From assembly GCA_030753015.1 (NCBI GenBank), contig JASMDC010000045.1, positions 1-27,569 of the forward strand: 27,569 nt of DNA. The letters run 5' to 3'. The stretch comes from Candidatus Undinarchaeales archaeon (GTDB lineage Archaea > SpSt-1190 > JASMDC01). A model generated the notes under the pieces. The model worked only from the letters and a program-made list of their open reading frames with translations, was not told where the DNA came from and searched no databases. Positions 1-7,994 of this stretch are shown one piece after another (position 1 is the stretch's first letter; every line of letters begins with the position of its first letter). The translations under genes and the position numbers were made by a program.

Positions 1-222
1 CTGTTGCTGGTACTCGTCCTTGTTCCCCGGGAGAGCATCCTGCTGCTCTCTGTAGGTGACGCTTCGTTGCTCGTCCTTCCAGGCATCCCTGCGTTCCACA
101 AGAGCGTTGTTATAGAGTCGACGACAGGTCTCGAGTGTGGAGATCAGGACCGTTTCTTGAGTCTTGTTCGAATACAGACGATATTTGTAGCTACGCATTG
201 CTCTTTCCCTGTCCCCCACCAT
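1..222 (-). CDS. tnpB: TnpB-like RNA-guided endonuclease of the IS200/IS605 family, N-terminal part only (runs off the left edge)
   Basis: Not in the ORF track. Manual translation gives MVGDRERAMRSYKYRLYSNKTQETVLISTLETCRRLYNNALVERRDAWKDEQRSVTYREQQDALP..., matching the typical OrfB_IS605 N-terminus (YKYRLYPxxxQ...CRxLYNxAL). Alternative ATG at 198. TATA-like TATTAAA on the minus strand at ~253-259. Confidence 0.9.
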   Translation of the reverse strand, partial: MVGDRERAMRSYKYRLYSNKTQETVLISTLETCRRLYNNALVERRDAWKDEQRSVTYREQQDALPGNKDEYQQQ

Positions 223-264
223 GTCTTTATTGGATGAAGTGGTATTGCAGTGTTTAATACAATA

Positions 265-345
265 GGGGGCTGGTGTGCCGGTACTCGTCCGGAAAGTACC
301 TTCCGGGCCCGTCCCTACCAACTCGGAAGGGGATGTCCCGCCGAA
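265..345. mobile_element. Candidate left-end palindromic region of the tnpB element
   Basis: Overlapping inverted repeats upstream of tnpB: GGTACT(280-285)/AGTACC(295-300), CCGGAA(289-294)/TTCCGG(301-306) and CCTTCCG(299-305)/CGGAAGG(324-330). IS200/IS605 ends carry subterminal hairpins. The exact element end is not determined. Confidence 0.4.
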
Positions 346-384
346 ACAAAAAAAGAGTTAAACCTGCAGCGCCTTGTTTCGTTC

Positions 385-1773
385 ATGGTGCGGTGGGCGC
401 TAGTGCACCCTCCCTATGGGGAGGTGTTCGGCCCTGTGTCGCGGACAGACCACAGTGAGATGCCCCTCGGGCTCGCGTACATCGCCGCCGTGCTACAGAC
501 TCAAGGGCACGAGGTCTACATCGTCGACGCCATGGGCCTCAATCTTTCCATGGACAATGTGCTCGCTCTCCTCGAGGCCCTAGGGCCTGACGTGGTCGGG
601 GCCACCTGTCCCACACCACTGGTCCCCTGGGTGCAAGCACTCTTCGACGAGGTGCGCCAACGGCTCCCTGACGCTCTCCGTGTGTGCGGCGGGCCCCATC
701 CCACAGCACGGCCCGAAGACCTCCTCCCCCACGTCCACGCCTGTGTGATCGGTGAGGCCGAGGACACGGTGATCGATGTTTCCCGCTGGGCAGAGGGCGA
801 ACTCCGACCCGCAAGCATCCCCGGGCTCTCCGTGCTCCGCGGTGGCCGTGCGGTGTCGACCGGCCCCCGTGCCCTGGTAGATCCATTGGACAGGCTCCCG
901 TTCCCTGCCCGCCACCTATTCCCTTGCGATGCCTACTCTTTCGACTATCCAGGCGAGGACGAGACCTATGCCTCGGTGATGACATCCCGAGGCTGTCCCC
1001 ACGGATGCACGTTCTGTGCCACGTCCCTTACATTCGGCCGCAGGGTCAGGTACCGCTCCACCGACTCGGTGATGGACGAGCTCCGCCACCTTTCTCGTGA
1101 GGGAGTGGGTTTCGTGTTCTTCTTCGATGACACGTTCACCCTCGACACCGCCCGGACACGAGCCCTGTGCCGTCGCATCCGCGACTCCGGTCTCGGTCTG
1201 CGCTGGGCATGCCTTGCCCGGGCCGACCGACTCGACAGCGATACCCTCTCTGTCATGCACGATGCAGGGTGCGTCGAGGTCCAGGTGGGCGTGGAATCGG
1301 GAGACCAGCGTGTGCTCGACACGATCGGAAAAGGAGTGAAAGTTGACCAGCTCCGTCATGCGTTCCGCAACCTCCGGGAGTCGGGCATCCGTTCCAAGGG
1401 CTTTTTCATCTACGGCCTTCCCGGAGAGACCCCCGAGTCCGCCAGGCGAACGACCGAGCTTGCGCTCGAGCTGGATCCGGACTACGCCTACTTCGGTGTG
1501 TTCGTCCCGTTCCCCGGAACGGCCAGCTTCTCCCAGTGCGCCGACAACCTTCTCTCCAGCGACTGGTCGGACTTCTGCTTCTTCAAGGAGCCCGTCGTCG
1601 TCATGGACGACATCTCTCCAGAGGAGGTGGAAGCGGCCCGTCGCGATGCAGTCCGCCGTTTCTACTTCCGTCCCGGCAAGTTGCTCGCACATATCCCCAC
1701 CTTTCTCGCAAGTCCCCGCCGCGCGCTCACTGCGGCCGAGGCGGCCGTGGCTTTGGGATGGCCGGGCAGGTAA
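385..1773 (+). CDS. Cobalamin-binding-domain radical SAM protein (class B methyltransferase-like)
   Basis: PLGLAYIAA, GGPHPT and IGEAE B12-binding-domain motifs; SRGCPHGCTFC (CxxxCxxC); DDTF; GVESG; GLPGET. Start moved from 250 to ATG 385 because a TATA-like GTTAAA lies at ~357-362 and the family N-terminus begins here. Confidence 0.92.
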   Translation: MVRWALVHPPYGEVFGPVSRTDHSEMPLGLAYIAAVLQTQGHEVYIVDAMGLNLSMDNVLALLEALGPDVVGATCPTPLVPWVQALFDEVRQRLPDALRVCGGPHPTARPEDLLPHVHACVIGEAEDTVIDVSRWAEGELRPASIPGLSVLRGGRAVSTGPRALVDPLDRLPFPARHLFPCDAYSFDYPGEDETYASVMTSRGCPHGCTFCATSLTFGRRVRYRSTDSVMDELRHLSREGVGFVFFFDDTFTLDTARTRALCRRIRDSGLGLRWACLARADRLDSDTLSVMHDAGCVEVQVGVESGDQRVLDTIGKGVKVDQLRHAFRNLRESGIRSKGFFIYGLPGETPESARRTTELALELDPDYAYFGVFVPFPGTASFSQCADNLLSSDWSDFCFFKEPVVVMDDISPEEVEAARRDAVRRFYFRPGKLLAHIPTFLASPRRALTAAEAAVALGWPGR

Positions 1774-1776
1774 GTG

Positions 1777-1828
1777 TTACTACTACCCCGTGGTAAACTA
1801 TATAAAGGATGATAACAATAGTTATCAT
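1777..1828 (+). promoter_or_regulatory. Promoter with TATATAAA flanked by two palindromes
   Basis: TTACTAC...GTGGTAA (1777-1796), TATATAAA (1799-1806), and the perfect inverted repeat ATGATAAC-AATA-GTTATCAT (1809-1828). Confidence 0.65.
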
Positions 1829-1840
1829 TAGGTGCGAAAC

Positions 1841-2539
1841 GTGGTATTTGAGAGGATCCCTGTGGCGTACGGTGCTGTCAAGGATAAGATCGTCGATCAT
1901 TACCAGAAGCACGACGATCTCTACAATTCCATCGGTACGGTCGGAGTCGGCATCAGTGCCTTCTTGGGTGCACGGTACGGCCTCCAGGCTTCCGGGTGCG
2001 AGGAGTATCTCGCAACGCACATGCCCGTGTTCCAGAACTACGCTAACGCCATCGCCCACGGCACTACCTCGTTCATCGCGGCCGCCGGTGCCAAGGTCCC
2101 CGCCAAGATGGGGATGCGATACCTGACAAAGACGTTCAAGAAGGGCCAAGGCAAGCACGAAATAGCAGAGGAGTTCGGCCTCGAGGGGAGCCGTGAGCTG
2201 GCCCACGAGACCGTGGACGCTCTCTTCAGCGAGGCGGCGCAGACCGGGCTCGCCCACTACGCCATCGGAACCCCCGTGAGCATCACTGACGCCAAGGAGC
2301 TCTACAACGGGGTCAAGTCCGAGGTCAAAGGGTACCGGGAGCGCAAGGCAAACAGGCAGAAGGACGATTACTCAGCACCCACACCACCCGCCGAGTCCCT
2401 GGACAACATGCTCGACGAGATGGCGGTGGAAGCGGGCTCCGGGACCTCTGGCGGTCCCACCGGCTACCGCATCGAGAAGGCCGGCGACTACGTCGACCGG
2501 CTCCGCGAAGGCATGGAAGAGCGCGGCTTCCCCTTCTGA
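1841..2539 (+). CDS. Hypothetical protein with glycine/alanine-rich hydrophobic segments and an acidic C-terminus
   Basis: Long ORF with GC3-rich codon usage. SD-like AGGTG at 1830-1834 favours GTG 1841 (alternative 1832). No family recognised. Confidence 0.8.
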   Translation: MVFERIPVAYGAVKDKIVDHYQKHDDLYNSIGTVGVGISAFLGARYGLQASGCEEYLATHMPVFQNYANAIAHGTTSFIAAAGAKVPAKMGMRYLTKTFKKGQGKHEIAEEFGLEGSRELAHETVDALFSEAAQTGLAHYAIGTPVSITDAKELYNGVKSEVKGYRERKANRQKDDYSAPTPPAESLDNMLDEMAVEAGSGTSGGPTGYRIEKAGDYVDRLREGMEERGFPF

Positions 2540-2570
2540 GTTACACTCCTAGATTCTTTAACGCCTCTTG

Positions 2571-2812
2571 TGGCACGCTATAGTGCGACATATAGGATCA
2601 TTTCTCGGATACGATGGGGCGACCGTGATGTTTTCCAGCATCCCTGTTGCCCCCTGCGTCGCTTAGATGGAACGCTATGGTGCGACACATAGGATTATTT
2701 CCCGGACACGATGGGACGACCGTGAGGTTGTCCGGCGTCCCTGCTGCTCCCAGCGCCGCTTATGGCACGCCATAGTGCGACACATAGAATACTTCCCTGG
2801 ACACGGCGGGGG
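2571..2812. repeat. Degenerate intergenic tandem array, ~95-97 bp unit, 2.5 copies
   Basis: Copies start at 2571, 2668 and 2763 with consensus TGGCACGCTATAGTGCGACACATAGGATTATTTCCCGGACACGATGGG... By manual alignment, copies 1 and 2 differ at 15 of 95 positions. Confidence 0.92.
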
Positions 2813-2846
2813 CAATCGAAACAGTGATTAAGGTGTATTATAATAA

Positions 2847-2865
2847 TTACTACTCCCGGTAGTAA
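2847..2865. promoter_or_regulatory. Perfect 7-5-7 palindrome TTACTAC-TCCCG-GTAGTAA in an AT-rich leader
   Basis: Seen directly. It lies just upstream of TATA-like sequences (2872-2888) of the wHTH gene, and a related motif occurs at 1777-1796. Confidence 0.6.
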
Positions 2866-2901
2866 AGAGAGCATATAACCGATAAAATACTACTATATAC
2901 A

Positions 2902-3576
2902 ATGTGGCAGGAGCGGGTTCCTCGCGAGGGCGTGGTCCGTTTTCTCAGAAACCACGGCCCGACCAGTACTGCGGACCTCGCCGCTCATTTCAACTGCTCC
3001 AAGCGCACCATATTCCGCAAGCTCGAGAGTAGCGGTCACCTTTCCTGCTATAATACCAACAGCACCATGCTCGGATTGCCCGAGACCATGGACTTCGACG
3101 AGGATGGGCTCTGGAATTGCCAGGGTGTCCGTTTCTCCCGGTGGGGGACCGTCGCGGCGACCATCCCCGAGCTCGTCGCGGCCAGCTCTGGTGGTCTCAC
3201 CCTCACCGAGCTCAGACGAACGCTCCATATCATAGTCCACGCCCATATCACCACCTGCGTGAAGGAGGCAGCTATCGTAACGGCCGGACGTCGTGGTAGG
3301 TCCGTGTACTGCAGCACCGATCCCGTCCGGCGTCGACAGCAACTGGCGAACCGTGGCCGGTTGTCCTGGGACCGTCGAATACCGGCCCGCGCTCCGTCCC
3401 CGAGGACCCTCGTCCGTGTGCTCCTGTCCGTCCTCGAGCATCACGATCTCTCTCGTGGAGTGCTGTTGGCCGCCTTGGCCTCGATACGTACAGCCGAGAA
3501 CGAGGCGACGGTGCGCTGGATCCTGGATGTGTGCAGAAGAAGTGGTAAAGGACACGGTAGGGCGATAGCTTTATGA
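2902..3576 (+). CDS. Winged helix-turn-helix DNA-binding protein, probably with two HTH units
   Basis: N-terminal FLRNHGPTSTADLAAHFNCSKRTIFRKL (DeoR/HTH_11-like), then FDEDGLW...FSRWG and a second HTH-like unit GLTLTELRRTL...GRSVYCS. Confidence 0.75.
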   Translation: MWQERVPREGVVRFLRNHGPTSTADLAAHFNCSKRTIFRKLESSGHLSCYNTNSTMLGLPETMDFDEDGLWNCQGVRFSRWGTVAATIPELVAASSGGLTLTELRRTLHIIVHAHITTCVKEAAIVTAGRRGRSVYCSTDPVRRRQQLANRGRLSWDRRIPARAPSPRTLVRVLLSVLEHHDLSRGVLLAALASIRTAENEATVRWILDVCRRSGKGHGRAIAL

Positions 3577-3630
3577 ACGGGCTCCCGCTGGCCAAAAGCT
3601 ATTTAAAAAACCATGCAGCGCTCAGAACCG

Positions 3631-5322
3631 ATGGCGGTGCTCGGGCTATGTGACGGCCACGATTCCGGTGCCGCTGTGTTCATCGACGGCAAGGTCGCTG
3701 CAGCGTGTAACGAGGAGCGCCTCACACGCGAGAAGTTCCAGACGGGGTTCCCGCGCAACTCCATCCTCGAGTGCCTCCGAACGGCAGATCTCGCTCCCGG
3801 GGACGTCCGTCATGCGATCCTTGCATCGCACATGACCCCGTCGCTCCCCCTCCGTCTATCTCAACGTACCTATAAGGCACAGCGGAAGGACCTGTCCGCC
3901 TTTGGACTAACCATGGACCTCTACCGCAGCTACCAAGTGCTCTCAACGAAGCTGCCGGGCATACGCTCCATCGAGAGTACCGGTGCCGCGGCCGTGGTGC
4001 GCCGCAGGCTCGCGGGGCTCGACATCCAAGCCCCCTTGGACATGGTCGACCACCACGCGGCCCATGCCGCGGCCGCCTACCACACCGCCGGTCTGGACGA
4101 GGTCCTGGTCATCACCATGGACCACATGGGCGACGGTCTCTCGGCCAGCGTGTCCGTCGGGTCCGGGGGTCATCTCGAGCGCATCCACACCGCCGATGCC
4201 GGCCACGGTGTCGGAGGCTACTACTCCGAGTTCACCGAGCTCTTGAAGTTCCGGCCCGGACGGCACGAGGGCAAGGTCGTCGGACTGGCGGCAAAGGGCA
4301 ATCCCGCCACGGTCCTGAGCGAGATGCGCGAGGTGCTCACCTACAGCGACGGCCAGTTCAACGTGATCAACAACCTCAAGCGTTCCCGCCCCGGCCTGTT
4401 CGAGCTGTTCCAGAGGACGGACCGGGCAGACGTGGCGGCCGCCGTGCAGACGGTGCTCGAGGAGTGCGTGTGCGCCTTCGTCTCCGACTGGGCACGACGA
4501 CGTAACCTGCCGCACCTCGCCCTTGCGGGCGGGCTCTTCGCCAACGTCAAGCTCAACCAGCGGCTCCACGAGCTCGACTGTGTCGAATCAGTGTACGTCC
4601 ACCCGCACATGGGCGACGGAGGGCTGGGTTTCGGTGCCGCGGCATCGTTCGCCTGCAAGGACACGGCCCCCACGACCATGACGTCGGCGTACCTCGGGCC
4701 CAGGTACGGGGAGGAGGAGATGGAGCAAGCGCTCAAGGAGGCCAAGCTCGAATACAAGCGGGAGCGGGACATCGATCGGATGGTGGGGCTCCTGCTGGCC
4801 GACGAACGGGTCGTCGCCCGGTACACGGGACGGATGGAGTACGGGCCCCGCGCTCTTGGGAACCGCAGCATCCTCTACTCGGCGAGCGACATCTCAGTGA
4901 ACGACTGGCTAAATGAAAAGCTCAAGCGCAGCGAGTTCATGCCGTTCGCCCCCTCGACCCTGGTGGAGGAGGCGCACAAGTGCTATGAAGGCATGAAGGG
5001 TGCCGAGGACGCCGCCCGGTTCATGACCATCACATTCAACTGCACCGAGTGGATGAGAGAGACCTGCCCTGGCGTGGTCCACGTGGACGGGACGGCCCGT
5101 CCCCAGCTCGTCCATTCTGACGTATCGCCATCCTACCACCGCGTGATCAGCACCTATTTCAAGGCCACGGGCGTCCCAACGATCCTCAACACATCGTTCA
5201 ACATGCACGAGGAGCCCATCGTGGCGACACCGGAGGACGCCGTGCGCGGGTTCGTGCGCGCGGGGCTCGACAATCTCGCCCTGGGACCGTTCCTCGCACG
5301 GGGGGTCGAGCGAGATGGCTGA
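3631..5322 (+). CDS. Carbamoyltransferase, NodU/CmcH/TobZ family
   Basis: GHDSGAA, NEERLTREK, HHAAHAAAAY, EGKVVGLA, LAGGLFANVKLN, HMGDGG, EYGPRALGNRS, FMPFAP, HVDGTARPQ and LNTSFNMHEEP. TATA-like TTTAAAAA at ~3602 favours ATG 3631 over 3613. Confidence 0.96.
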   Translation: MAVLGLCDGHDSGAAVFIDGKVAAACNEERLTREKFQTGFPRNSILECLRTADLAPGDVRHAILASHMTPSLPLRLSQRTYKAQRKDLSAFGLTMDLYRSYQVLSTKLPGIRSIESTGAAAVVRRRLAGLDIQAPLDMVDHHAAHAAAAYHTAGLDEVLVITMDHMGDGLSASVSVGSGGHLERIHTADAGHGVGGYYSEFTELLKFRPGRHEGKVVGLAAKGNPATVLSEMREVLTYSDGQFNVINNLKRSRPGLFELFQRTDRADVAAAVQTVLEECVCAFVSDWARRRNLPHLALAGGLFANVKLNQRLHELDCVESVYVHPHMGDGGLGFGAAASFACKDTAPTTMTSAYLGPRYGEEEMEQALKEAKLEYKRERDIDRMVGLLLADERVVARYTGRMEYGPRALGNRSILYSASDISVNDWLNEKLKRSEFMPFAPSTLVEEAHKCYEGMKGAEDAARFMTITFNCTEWMRETCPGVVHVDGTARPQLVHSDVSPSYHRVISTYFKATGVPTILNTSFNMHEEPIVATPEDAVRGFVRAGLDNLALGPFLARGVERDG

Positions 5323-6766
5323 CGTCATCCTAGTCCAGCCAAAGGCCGGCGGGTATTCAGAGACCGTCCAGCGTCCCATGCTACCGCTCGCCCTCCTGGC
5401 CGCTGCACGCCGGATCGTGGGAACCCGGTCGGTACGCATCATCGATATGCGGGTGGACGACAACTGGCGTGGGCGTCTGGAGACCATCCTTTCCACCGAG
5501 CCCGTGTGCGTGGGCATCACGTCCATCACCGGGAGCCAGCTCAGGTCGGCCGTGAAGGCGGCCAGCTTGGTGCGTGAGCAGGGTGACGTGCCCATCGTGT
5601 GGGGTGGCGTGCACGCAAGCCTACTGCCCGACCAGACGCTCGCCAGCGGGCTTGCCGATGTTGTCGTTATCGGGGACGGGGATGAGACGTTCCCCCGGCT
5701 CGTCGACGCCCTTGCAGAAGGGCGTGACCTGAGCAGGATCGACGGTATCGCGTTCAGGAAGGGCAAGCGCACCGTGCACACCAAACCTGCACCCTTCGTG
5801 GACCTGGACGAACAGCCCGACCTCCCGTACAACCTGGTCGATATCGAGGAGTACGTTCAGATGTACGACGGCAGGCGCACACTGGTGGTCCAGACGTCAC
5901 GCGGATGCCCCCACTCGTGCAGGTTCTGCGTGAATCCCTGCTACAACAGCTCCAAGTGGCGGGGCCAGAGCGCTGACCGGGTTCAGGATGTGTTCGCTTC
6001 GATGCGCGAACGTTTTGGTGTCGAGAACCTGTGGCTAGCGGACGATAACTTTTTCGTCGACATGTCACGAGCTCGCGCAATCGCACGGGGGCTGGTGGAG
6101 TCGGGCTCGGAGCTCACCTGGGAGGTCCCGGGCACGCATGCCACCTCTGTGCTGGCCATGCGCGAGGGCACCCTTGGCCTGATGCAGAACGCCGGATGCC
6201 GTCGCATGTACATCGGGGTGGAGTCCGGCTCGGACCGCGTGCTAAAAGCCATCGGCAAGACCATCACCGTCGACAAGGTGCTGAAGGCCAACAAGCTTTT
6301 AGCCGACACGGAGATCATCCCCACCTACAACTTCATCCTCGGGTTCCCCGGAGAGACCGGCGAGGAGGTCCAGGCCACCATCGATCTTGTGTTCCGCCTC
6401 CTTGACGAGAATCCCCAGGCCGAGGTGGCACCGCTGTACTGCTTCACCCCCTACCCCGGCACCGTCCTCTACGACGAGGCTGTGGAGGCCGGGTTCGAGC
6501 CACCCGGCGACCTCGATGGATGGGCCGACTTCGAGTGGAGCAGGCTCAACGTCCCGTGGCTCGACGAGGAGCAGCGCAGACGGCTTGAATCACTGTACTT
6601 CTACTCGCTCTTCCTTGACCGGAAGTACCGCCATGACCTGGACTCGCCCCAGCTGCAGGCGCTAGCGCGAATCTACTCGCCCGTCGCCCGGGCACGTGTG
6701 CGGAACATGTTCCTGGACGCGCCGCTCGAGCTGAAGCTGAAGCGGTGGCTGCTCGGCGGGCCGTGA
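5315..6766 (+). CDS. Cobalamin-binding-domain radical SAM protein, translationally coupled to the carbamoyltransferase
   Basis: WGGVHAS, GDGDET, TSRGCPHSCRFC, DDNFF, GVESGS, GFPGET and FTPYPGT. Overlaps the upstream stop by 8 nt. Confidence 0.93.
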   Translation: MADVILVQPKAGGYSETVQRPMLPLALLAAARRIVGTRSVRIIDMRVDDNWRGRLETILSTEPVCVGITSITGSQLRSAVKAASLVREQGDVPIVWGGVHASLLPDQTLASGLADVVVIGDGDETFPRLVDALAEGRDLSRIDGIAFRKGKRTVHTKPAPFVDLDEQPDLPYNLVDIEEYVQMYDGRRTLVVQTSRGCPHSCRFCVNPCYNSSKWRGQSADRVQDVFASMRERFGVENLWLADDNFFVDMSRARAIARGLVESGSELTWEVPGTHATSVLAMREGTLGLMQNAGCRRMYIGVESGSDRVLKAIGKTITVDKVLKANKLLADTEIIPTYNFILGFPGETGEEVQATIDLVFRLLDENPQAEVAPLYCFTPYPGTVLYDEAVEAGFEPPGDLDGWADFEWSRLNVPWLDEEQRRRLESLYFYSLFLDRKYRHDLDSPQLQALARIYSPVARARVRNMFLDAPLELKLKRWLLGGP

Positions 6767-6814
6767 GGTCAGAGATTTAATACATCGCCGCCGGTGCGGT
6801 AAGGAGGCTCTGCC

Positions 6815-7372
6815 ATGTCACGTGCTCCTCTCACCGCACTCATCATCGTCATCCTGCTGGCGGCTCCCGCCCTCGGTGCCATGGCGGCCCTGCCCGATGA
6901 GGTCATCACGTCTCAGACCGAGCTCATCGTGGTGGGCGATGTCGTCTCGGTCACGAAGCTCGGGGAGGATACGGGGCGCGAGCACTACATCGCCGTGCTG
7001 GGCGTCGACGAGGTGGAGAAGGGGGAGGTGCCTGATGACCTGCGAGTGCGGTTCTTCATACCGATAGGCGACGAACTCCCGCCGGGCACGCTCTCCGACG
7101 CGATATACGGTGTGGGGGACCGGATCAGGGCCCATCTACAGAAGGACAATCGGGCGGATGCCTTCCACGATCCCTCGACCTACGTGACCGTGGAGCACTT
7201 CCAGGGATTGCATGTGCTCCAGCGGGCCACTCCGCGTCCTGTTCCTTCGTTGGTGACGGGCACGGCCTCACCGGGACCTGGCGGAAAAGGGGCGGACCCG
7301 TCTGTGGGCTTGCTCATCGGGGTGCTCCTACTCGGAGTGGTCCTGGGCGTGCTCAGGGCGAGGATGCGCTAG
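6815..7372 (+). CDS. Secreted protein with a C-terminal membrane anchor
   Basis: SD AAGGAGG at 6801-6807; N-terminal signal peptide; beta-rich domain (ELIVVGDVVSV...EVEKG); Pro/Thr/Gly linker; hydrophobic helix followed by RARMR. Confidence 0.85.
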   Translation: MSRAPLTALIIVILLAAPALGAMAALPDEVITSQTELIVVGDVVSVTKLGEDTGREHYIAVLGVDEVEKGEVPDDLRVRFFIPIGDELPPGTLSDAIYGVGDRIRAHLQKDNRADAFHDPSTYVTVEHFQGLHVLQRATPRPVPSLVTGTASPGPGGKGADPSVGLLIGVLLLGVVLGVLRARMR

Positions 7373-7414
7373 GACTGGGGACCGACAGCGGCCTCCTGCA
7401 CCATGACGAGCGGT

Positions 7415-7945
7415 CTACTCGTCGATCATCCGCAGGTAGAGCTCCAGAAGCTGCTCCATCGGCTGCTTGATCTCGTCCATCCCGCCGAGCCTGTCCACGA
7501 AGTTGCCCATGGTCTCCTTGGCCCTGGCGATGACCTCGTCCTTGGGAGTGTCGTCGGGCAGGTCGCCCAGCTTCTCCTGGATGTAGTCGCCAAATAGGTC
7601 CGAGGCGGCAGCGAGCTTGTAGGTGAGCTCGATGGTGGTGGAGAACTGGTCGCGGATCGCCTCCCGCTTGTCTCCGAGCAAGGCCAGTTCGTCGCGACCG
7701 TCGTAGGCGCTCTGGAAGGCTGTGAGCCCGTAGGCCACCGTGTCGATGAGGACGTCGATGCGTGTGTCGATGTCCGGCTCATGGATGTTGCCGTACTTGT
7801 CCTCGAACTCGGGGCCCTCCACGTAACCCTGGATGGCCTCCTGGGTCTCCATCATGACATTTGCAAGTGCAAGGCCCACGGTCATCTGCTGACTCTGGTC
7901 GAGACCGGCGACGGCCTCCTGTATATCCTCCTCTAGTCCGTACAT
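7415..7945 (-). CDS. Acidic alpha-helical hypothetical protein
   Basis: SD AGGAG upstream of ATG 7945 (MYGLEEDIQEA...) and TATA-like CTTATAAG at ~7986-7993. The ORF-track extension to 8140 overlaps the neighbouring gene and is rejected. Confidence 0.8.
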   Translation of the reverse strand: MYGLEEDIQEAVAGLDQSQQMTVGLALANVMMETQEAIQGYVEGPEFEDKYGNIHEPDIDTRIDVLIDTVAYGLTAFQSAYDGRDELALLGDKREAIRDQFSTTIELTYKLAAASDLFGDYIQEKLGDLPDDTPKDEVIARAKETMGNFVDRLGGMDEIKQPMEQLLELYLRMIDE

Positions 7946-7994
7946 GATAATAATCTCCTGATGACCCGCCCGGCCCTGGAGGTCTCTTATAAGT

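Noticed and set aside
4-237. 77-aa plus-strand ORF
   Set aside because: It is the antisense shadow of the tnpB N-terminus on the minus strand.
265-345. SRP RNA or a known ribozyme (GGCCCGGAAGG resembles SRP helix 8)
   Set aside because: The flanking SRP helix-8 consensus and length are missing, and no hammerhead or other recognisable ribozyme core is seen.
250-384. N-terminal extension of the first radical SAM ORF
   Set aside because: It spans the divergent promoter/hairpin region; family motifs and TATA spacing point to ATG 385.
1809-1828. Canonical Fur box
   Set aside because: Half-site spacing is 4 nt rather than the 7-1-7 arrangement, and there is no adjacent iron-uptake gene.
2571-2812. 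CRISPR array
   Set aside because: Whole units are homologous end to end with no unique spacers, and no cas genes occur in the window.
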